A program made the translations under genes and the position numbers. 12,972 bases of DNA from Chlorobiota bacterium (GTDB lineage: Bacteria; Bacteroidota; Ignavibacteria; Kapaibacteriales; UBA2268), in assembly GCA_039810525.1 (NCBI GenBank), contig JBDHXE010000056.1, positions 1 through 12,972 of the forward strand. The letters are read 5' to 3'. The notes below the pieces were generated by a model. That model was not told the origin of the DNA and did no database searches. It was given only the letters and a program-made list of their open reading frames with translations. The first letter of the stretch is position 1. Each line of letters begins with the position of its first letter. Positions 7,990 to 12,972 of this stretch are shown one piece after another.

Positions 7990-8106
7990 TTTATTCAAAA
8001 ATACTTCTTTTTCTCGCTTTTACAAATTAAGACTGGTATTAAATGAAAATAATCAATATTAGGTTTACTAAAACATTGTAAATTAACTTTGTAAAATATT
8101 TTGTCC

Positions 8107-8145
8107 TCAAAAAACACCCTCCTTATAAATTTATAATAAGAAGGG
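8107..8145 (-). terminator. Rho-independent terminator of the nfeD-flotillin operon.
   Basis: On the minus strand, CCCTTCTT, a 13-nt loop, then AAGGAGGG. That is an 8-bp GC-rich stem with one mismatch, followed directly by TGTTTTTTG. It lies 28 nt after the flotillin stop. Confidence 0.55.
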
Positions 8146-8172
8146 CAAAAATAATGTATAATCAATTTTTTA

Positions 8173-9708
8173 TTATTTCGAACTGTCATCATTAGTTTTT
8201 TTAAAATTGCTAAGTATATCTACTCCTGTTGCTTTTTCTATAACTTCGTTGAGAGATATTACTGAGTTAGGCAATTGTGATATTACTTTATTCAATGGCG
8301 AACTGTCATTATTATTACCAGAATCTATTACAGTCATTTTATCAATTTTAACATCTTTTACCACATTGGTCAATTGGCTTATTATTTCTGGGAGCATATT
8401 TAGCATAAATACTTTATCGCCATTTCCTTGTGCTGATAGATATGCATCTATTTTTTTTCTTAAAACCTCTATGTGAGCTTCTCCATCAGCAATAATAGAT
8501 GCGGCTTCTCCTTTGGCTTCTAATTCTAATGCCTCTTTTTTGGCTTTTGCTGGTTCTATAACATCAGCCATTAATTTTTGTTTTTGCAATTCTATTCTTT
8601 GTCTTTCTAACTCTTGTTCATATTTTACTTTTGCTAATTGTCCAGCTACTTCAGCTTCTTTTTCTTTAACTATGGCTTGTTTCTCCAAATCAGCTTTTGT
8701 CATTCTGTAATTATTCTTCTCTATTTCAATAGTTTTGTCAGCGTTAGCTCGTGATATTTTTATTGATTTATCAGTATCAATTTGTGCATTCTGAATATTT
8801 TGTAGAGCAATTGCTTTCGCTTTTTCTGCTGTTTCGTGTGCTTGGGCATCTGCTTCTTCGGCTGCTGCTTTTTTGGTAGCTGTTGCAATCAAAATTTGCT
8901 GTTCGGATAGAATTTTTGCTCTTTCTATTTCTTGATTAGCTATAGCTTTTGCTTTCTCAATTTCTTGGTTCGAAATTGCTTTCGCTTTTTCGATTTCTTG
9001 ATTTGCATTAGCTTTTGCTTTTTCTGCTCTTTCCAAGGCAGTGGCCTCCGCTTCTTGTGCATCAGCCATCTTCTCAGCTTCTATTTTTTTGGCTCTTGAG
9101 ATCACTTCGGCAGTTTTGCCTCTACCAATTGAATTTAAATAGTCATTATCATCAGAAATATTCGTTATTTTCAAAGTATCTAATTGTAATCCAAGTTTAT
9201 TCAAATCCAAATCTGCTTCATCCATCAAAGTTTCAGCAAATTTCAATCTATCTTCATTTACTTCTTCTGGTGTAAGCGAAGCTAATACGCCTCGAAGATT
9301 ACCTTCGAGAGTATCTTTTGCAATTGCATGAATATCGCTTGCACTACGTGTTAGGAATCTTTCTACTGCATTACCAAACGAAGGTTCGGTAGATGCAATT
9401 TTAATATTGGCTATTGCTTCTACTTTAAGAGGGATACCACCTTTAGAGTAAGCATTTATTACTTCTAATTCTATTGGTATAGTCTCGAGCGACATACGTG
9501 TAGCTTTTTCTATAAGAGGCATTTTGATAGTTCTACCACCACGTATAGTTCTATAACCAATTTCTTCGCCGTTTGCTAACTTTCTTCTTCTACCAGATAA
9601 AATAATTACTTCATTTGGGTGCGCAATTAACAGCATTTTGCTAATCAAAGTAAATATTACAATCAACGACACAGCTCCTACACCTGCGAAAAACAAAATC
9701 ATTTCCAT
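8173..9708 (-). CDS. Flotillin (SPFH or Band-7 domain membrane-microdomain scaffold protein, FloT/YuaG type).
   Basis: 511 aa. It has an N-terminal TM helix, then an SPFH-like region (HPNEVIILSGRRR..., GGIPLKVEAIANIKI). A long Glu/Ala-rich coiled coil carries EA-type repeats (ANQEIEKAKAI x3). It sits directly downstream of an NfeD-like gene, as in B. subtilis yuaF-yuaG. AGGAGAAATT precedes the ATG. Confidence 0.88.
   Translation of the reverse strand: MEMILFFAGVGAVSLIVIFTLISKMLLIAHPNEVIILSGRRRKLANGEEIGYRTIRGGRTIKMPLIEKATRMSLETIPIELEVINAYSKGGIPLKVEAIANIKIASTEPSFGNAVERFLTRSASDIHAIAKDTLEGNLRGVLASLTPEEVNEDRLKFAETLMDEADLDLNKLGLQLDTLKITNISDDNDYLNSIGRGKTAEVISRAKKIEAEKMADAQEAEATALERAEKAKANANQEIEKAKAISNQEIEKAKAIANQEIERAKILSEQQILIATATKKAAAEEADAQAHETAEKAKAIALQNIQNAQIDTDKSIKISRANADKTIEIEKNNYRMTKADLEKQAIVKEKEAEVAGQLAKVKYEQELERQRIELQKQKLMADVIEPAKAKKEALELEAKGEAASIIADGEAHIEVLRKKIDAYLSAQGNGDKVFMLNMLPEIISQLTNVVKDVKIDKMTVIDSGNNNDSSPLNKVISQLPNSVISLNEVIEKATGVDILSNFKKTNDDSSK
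8905..9040 (-). repeat. In-frame 33-bp imperfect tandem repeat (about 3 copies) inside the flotillin coiled-coil region.
   Basis: Nucleotide units gcttttgctttctcaatttcttggttcgaaatt, gctttcgctttttcgatttcttgatttgcatt and agcttttgctttttctgctctttcc encode (A)NQEIEKAKAI, SNQEIEKAKAI and ANQEIERAKIL. Confidence 0.5.
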
Positions 9709-9726
9709 AATTTCTCCTATATTAAA

Positions 9727-10344
9727 TTATAAATCGTATTTATCAACAATAGCTATATTATCATCAAATTCTATTAAAAGTATTTTGTCGCCTTTTCTTA
9801 GTTCTTCTATTTTGCTAATTGAACTTAGTTTTGCGATAATTTCTATAGTGGAGCCTGATGTTTCTATCAAAATCTTTCCTTTTCTATCTTTGCTTAAAGG
9901 TAATGTTACTATACCTTTTGAACCTATAAGCTCTGTATATTCTTTTGTTTTCCCAGATTCACTTTTTTTTAGGTAATTCATAAACGAATATCCAAAAATT
10001 GATGCAAATAGTCCTATAATTATAGAACTAAACAATTTAGTAGAATCACTAAAACTAAAAAGATCTCCCAGAGTACCACTTAATCCAAAAAACGTTATAA
10101 AATAGAGAATGTTTCTAAAACTAAAAATTTTACCAATTTCATATAACTTAGTTATATCACTGCTACCGATTGATTTTGCTGATATATCTTTATTGATTTC
10201 AATATGATGTGAAGTATCTAAATGATCTAAGTCTATATGATGAACATCTACTGTATCTACATCGTGTGCAGTACCTCCTGTAAATAATGAAAATAATACT
10301 AAAATACCGCCAAATATCAAGCAAGCTAAGTAAATAATTGACAT
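9727..10344 (-). CDS. NfeD-like membrane protein (short YuaF-type form), the partner of flotillin.
   Basis: 205 aa. Hydrophobic N-terminal TM segments are followed by a C-terminal OB-fold-like segment (GKILIETSGSTIEIIAKLSSISKIEELRKGDKILLIEFDDNIAIV). It lies 18 nt upstream of the flotillin start. Between the TM helices there is an unusual His/Asp-rich stretch, AHDVDTVDVHHIDLDHLDTSHH. Confidence 0.72.
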   Translation of the reverse strand: MSIIYLACLIFGGILVLFSLFTGGTAHDVDTVDVHHIDLDHLDTSHHIEINKDISAKSIGSSDITKLYEIGKIFSFRNILYFITFFGLSGTLGDLFSFSDSTKLFSSIIIGLFASIFGYSFMNYLKKSESGKTKEYTELIGSKGIVTLPLSKDRKGKILIETSGSTIEIIAKLSSISKIEELRKGDKILLIEFDDNIAIVDKYDL

Positions 10345-10390
10345 ATTGAACCTAAATTGAAAAAATTCTTCAAATTTAGCAAAAATATTC

Positions 10391-10396
10391 TATAAT
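10391..10396 (+). promoter_or_regulatory. Candidate -10 element (TATAAT) for the DUF2851 gene. No convincing -35 was found.
   Basis: A perfect TATAAT sits 55 nt upstream of the ATG at 10451, in the 106-bp divergent intergenic region. The nearest TTG-type -35 candidates give non-canonical spacing. Confidence 0.2.
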
Positions 10397-10450
10397 TTTA
10401 CAATTTTTTTTCATAATTTAGAATTTTAAAAAAATACTTAGCTAATTAGA

Positions 10451-11449
10451 ATGTATATTGAAAATGAGCTGTTTTATCAGAAAAGGGTATTTCAATTAAT
10501 ATCTGACCCAACTAAAGTATATAACACTAAGTCTGGCAAAAGATTACAATTCTTATCGCCCGGCAAGCTAAGTTCTATAGGACCCGATTTTAAGGATATT
10601 GCATTATTAATAAATGGATATTTAATAATTGGAGATTGTGAATTCCATATCAAAAGTAGTGATTGGATAGATCATAGACATGAATTGGATAGTAAGTATA
10701 GTGATGTAATTCTTCATATTGTATTAGAAGATATTATAGATATTAAAGGAAATTTTGAGACTTTGATTATTAGTGAAGACAAGTTAGAAGCAATTAATAC
10801 TACTCAAACTATTGAGACTAACAATTTCACCGAGATTGAAGAGATACAAAACTTCGCCTTATTAAGGCTATTACGCAAAACTTCTAATGCCAAAAAGTTA
10901 TTAAATAATAATTCGATTATTGATTCACTTCAAATACTTTCGCAAGAATTTATAACGAGATACGAGCATAGGCGGCATAGGCCAAAATATACATCAAGTA
11001 AGCTAAGTGAGATTATAGATGCTATTTCTAATTCTACAATTGTTAATTATTTATATGATATTGCTAACAACGAGAACATATCTGTATCTGATATAATGCA
11101 AAGTTTGATTAAAAATAAGATTTATGATGAAGGACCACATTTACGTAGGGAATTAGTTTTGAATGCAGTGATACCTCTACTATTGGCTTTGGCAAATGAT
11201 AATAATAGGATCAATTTATTTGTATGGTATTGGTCTACTCCAGCACTGAATAATTACGGTATATTAAATAGAAAATTCCCTAACAATCCTCAAAATTTCT
11301 TATGGCAGCAGCAAGGTATGTTAGAATATATCGCAGAGTATGGCAATAGATCTAACCTAATTGCCGAATCTTTCCGTGAATATGGCTTTTTGGAAGTATT
11401 GAGTTTTTATAAAAACGGAAGATTACCTTTAGAATTCTTTGAGAATTAA
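10451..11449 (+). CDS. DUF2851-family protein of unknown function.
   Basis: 332 aa. The N-terminal region ...RLQFLSPGKLSSIGPDFKDIALLINGYLIIGDCEFHIKSSDWIDHRHELDSKYSDVILHIVLED matches the conserved DUF2851 core (G-D-hEIH-hKSSDW-xHgH-x-D-x-YnNVILHVV) as I remember it. The family is mainly in Bacteroidota and the wider FCB group. Confidence 0.75.
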   Translation: MYIENELFYQKRVFQLISDPTKVYNTKSGKRLQFLSPGKLSSIGPDFKDIALLINGYLIIGDCEFHIKSSDWIDHRHELDSKYSDVILHIVLEDIIDIKGNFETLIISEDKLEAINTTQTIETNNFTEIEEIQNFALLRLLRKTSNAKKLLNNNSIIDSLQILSQEFITRYEHRRHRPKYTSSKLSEIIDAISNSTIVNYLYDIANNENISVSDIMQSLIKNKIYDEGPHLRRELVLNAVIPLLLALANDNNRINLFVWYWSTPALNNYGILNRKFPNNPQNFLWQQQGMLEYIAEYGNRSNLIAESFREYGFLEVLSFYKNGRLPLEFFEN

Positions 11450-12426
11450 CTTATTAGTCTTGATATTTCTTCTGCTACCCTTAATGCTTCTGATGCCTCA
11501 TTAGCATTTACTGCTATTGGAGTATTATCATTAATAGCAGACACAAAGGCAAATTGTTCTTCTGCAATAGCATTAATTTTATCAACATTGGGTTTCTCAA
11601 AATATATATTTCGATTTTTGATACCAGTCTCTATAGATCCAAGCATCATAGCAGGCACACCTTCGGTTGAATGCAGCCCTTCGTCGTATATTTTATATAC
11701 TTCTACATTATGCTCTTGAAAATCTAATGATATATATGCATCTTTCTGGAATATCCTCATTTTCCTCATAGGATTAGCAGTGATACGCGATGCTGTGATA
11801 TTAGCTATAAGCCCAGTCTCAAATTTAATTCTAGCATTTGCAATATCAAAGCTATCACTAATTACAGCTACTCCACTCGCGTCTATTTTTTCAATTTTGG
11901 ACTGTGCTAACCAAAGAATAATATCTATATCATGAATCATCAAATCATGAATTACTGATACATCAGTAGCACGTGGTTTGAATTGACTGAGTCTATGTGC
12001 TTCAATAAACATTGGCTTATCAATATAGGGTCTTATTGCTTTGATTACTGGATTGAATCTTTCTACATGCCCTACTTGAATTAACACATTATTTTTTTTG
12101 GCAGATTCTATTAAGTCTAATGATTCGTTATAAGTATTGGTAATAGGCTTTTCTATCAGGCAATGTTTCCCATTCTCTATAAATTTCTTTGCTATTGCCC
12201 AATGATTGATAGTAGGAACTGCAATTGTAGCAGCATCAGAATTTTCAATTGCTTCTTCGATAGAATGATATGATTTGCAGTTATATTCATTAGCTATTTT
12301 GTCTGCTTTTGCAGTATCAATATCGTATATTCCTATTAATTCTACATTAGGATTTGATGACCATAGTTTAGTATGTATGCTACCAAGATGTCCAATTCCA
12401 ACTACTATTACCTTTAATTTTTTCAT
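11446..12426 (-). CDS. Gfo/Idh/MocA-family NAD(P)-dependent oxidoreductase.
   Basis: 326 aa. It has an N-terminal Rossmann motif KVIVVGIGHLGSIHT and the family-diagnostic EKP motif (CLIEKPIT). Its stop codon overlaps the DUF2851 stop (TTAA at 11446-11449, convergent). Confidence 0.85.
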   Translation of the reverse strand: MKKLKVIVVGIGHLGSIHTKLWSSNPNVELIGIYDIDTAKADKIANEYNCKSYHSIEEAIENSDAATIAVPTINHWAIAKKFIENGKHCLIEKPITNTYNESLDLIESAKKNNVLIQVGHVERFNPVIKAIRPYIDKPMFIEAHRLSQFKPRATDVSVIHDLMIHDIDIILWLAQSKIEKIDASGVAVISDSFDIANARIKFETGLIANITASRITANPMRKMRIFQKDAYISLDFQEHNVEVYKIYDEGLHSTEGVPAMMLGSIETGIKNRNIYFEKPNVDKINAIAEEQFAFVSAINDNTPIAVNANEASEALRVAEEISRLIS

Positions 12427-12473
12427 AATTAATTATATATTATTGAATTTAAAAACTATGTCTTGACGAATGA

Positions 12474-12972
12474 TTAAGATTTTGGATGTGCTTTTTTATA
12501 TTGTTCTTTTAATCGCTCTATAGATATATGAGTATAAATTTGTGTAGTATTGAGAGATGAATGTCCTAACATTTCGCCTACACTCCTTATATCGGCTCCA
12601 TTATCTAATAAATGAGTAGCAAAAGTATGCCTAAGAGTATGCGGACTCTTTTTGCTGACTTCAGTTTTGCCAATCATTCTGTGTTTTACAATTTTATAAG
12701 CCATTGCTGGACTAATTCTTTTAATTTTTTTATCTATAAACAAAGGGTATTCTTTTTCACTTTTAAACAGAGACATAATTATTTTTTTATATGCTATATA
12801 CTTTTCTATAAAAGTGTTTGTAATCGGTACTAATCTTTCTTTATTACCTTTACCTAATATCTTGATTAATTTCTCGTTTAAATTGATACTATTAATATTA
12901 AGCTGGAGAGCTTCACTAATTCTCAGCCCTGACCCATATAGCAGCTCTAAAAGTAAAGCATCTCTCCAATCC
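12474..12972 (-). CDS. Partial tyrosine site-specific recombinase of the XerC/XerD family. The C-terminal catalytic domain is present and the N-terminus runs off the right edge.
   Basis: The ORF track lists only the 100 aa from an internal Met. Hand translation upstream of it stays open to 12972 (...DWRDALLLELLYGSGLRISEALQLNINSINLNEKLIKILGKGNKERLVPI...). Catalytic signatures are GLRISE (Arg I), HTLRHTFATHLL (His-x-x-Arg), LGHSSLNTTQIYTH (His, Tyr) and the XerD-like tail ERLKEQYKKAHPK. Confidence 0.8.
   Translation of the reverse strand, partial: DWRDALLLELLYGSGLRISEALQLNINSINLNEKLIKILGKGNKERLVPITNTFIEKYIAYKKIIMSLFKSEKEYPLFIDKKIKRISPAMAYKIVKHRMIGKTEVSKKSPHTLRHTFATHLLDNGADIRSVGEMLGHSSLNTTQIYTHISIERLKEQYKKAHPKS

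Noticed and set aside
7995-8192. 65-aa minus-strand ORF in the flotillin/GH57 intergenic region.
   Set aside because: It spans the flotillin terminator hairpin and overlaps the flotillin stop. The peptide is Lys, Phe and Tyr-rich, as expected from AT-rich non-coding DNA, and there is no RBS.
8207-9976. Four plus-strand ORFs of 65-112 aa (8207..8476, 8513..8710, 9015..9275, 9638..9976).
   Set aside because: All lie antisense within the flotillin and NfeD coding sequences. Their composition is low-complexity (Ser, Leu and Phe-rich). That is what you expect when the antisense strand of a Glu/Ala/Lys-rich coiled-coil gene is read, and none has an RBS. They are judged spurious.
11446-12426. Whether the Gfo/Idh/MocA oxidoreductase could be the missing DprE2-like reductase of the DPA-type pathway.
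   Set aside because: DprE2 is an SDR, not a Gfo/Idh/MocA protein. This gene is about 3.5 kb away, in a different transcription unit, and separated from the operon by unrelated genes (nfeD, floT, DUF2851). There is no positive evidence for a link.
12275-12833. Plus-strand ORFs 12275..12466 (63 aa) and 12612..12833 (73 aa).
   Set aside because: They are antisense to the Gfo/Idh/MocA and XerD-like genes. Both of those have strong, recognisable protein signatures in the other frame, so these are spurious.

Overview
AT-rich (roughly 28-30% GC) bacterial chromosomal window. Eleven protein-coding genes and no recognisable rRNA, tRNA, CRISPR or transposase.

The centre of the window is a five-gene minus-strand operon (985..7948). 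Its genes are linked by start/stop overlaps (ATGA, TAATG) or a 4-nt gap, so they are probably translationally coupled. In transcription order:
- a GH57 alpha-glucan-branching-enzyme-like protein;
- a Wzx-type MOP flippase;
- UDP-galactopyranose mutase (Glf);
- a HAD-phosphatase::UbiA-prenyltransferase fusion whose UbiA part resembles the mycobacterial decaprenyl-phosphate 5-phosphoribosyltransferase (Rv3806c);
- a DprE1-like FAD oxidase (decaprenylphosphoryl-beta-D-ribose 2'-oxidase family).

This combines the polyprenyl-phospho-pentofuranose (DPA-type) donor pathway and UDP-Galf supply that underlie mycobacterial arabinogalactan, but in a low-GC organism that does not look actinobacterial, with a Wzx flippase and no DprE2 in the window. 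That operon is the most interesting thing here.

Flanking genes:
- a 5'-partial secreted beta-propeller (WD40-like) protein;
- an nfeD-flotillin operon with a clean rho-independent terminator and an in-frame 33-bp tandem repeat;
- a DUF2851 protein;
- a Gfo/Idh/MocA oxidoreductase whose 3' end overlaps DUF2851 convergently;
- a 3'-partial XerC/XerD-type tyrosine recombinase at the right edge.

The short plus-strand ORFs antisense to the flotillin gene and the 65-aa ORF across the terminator are judged spurious.
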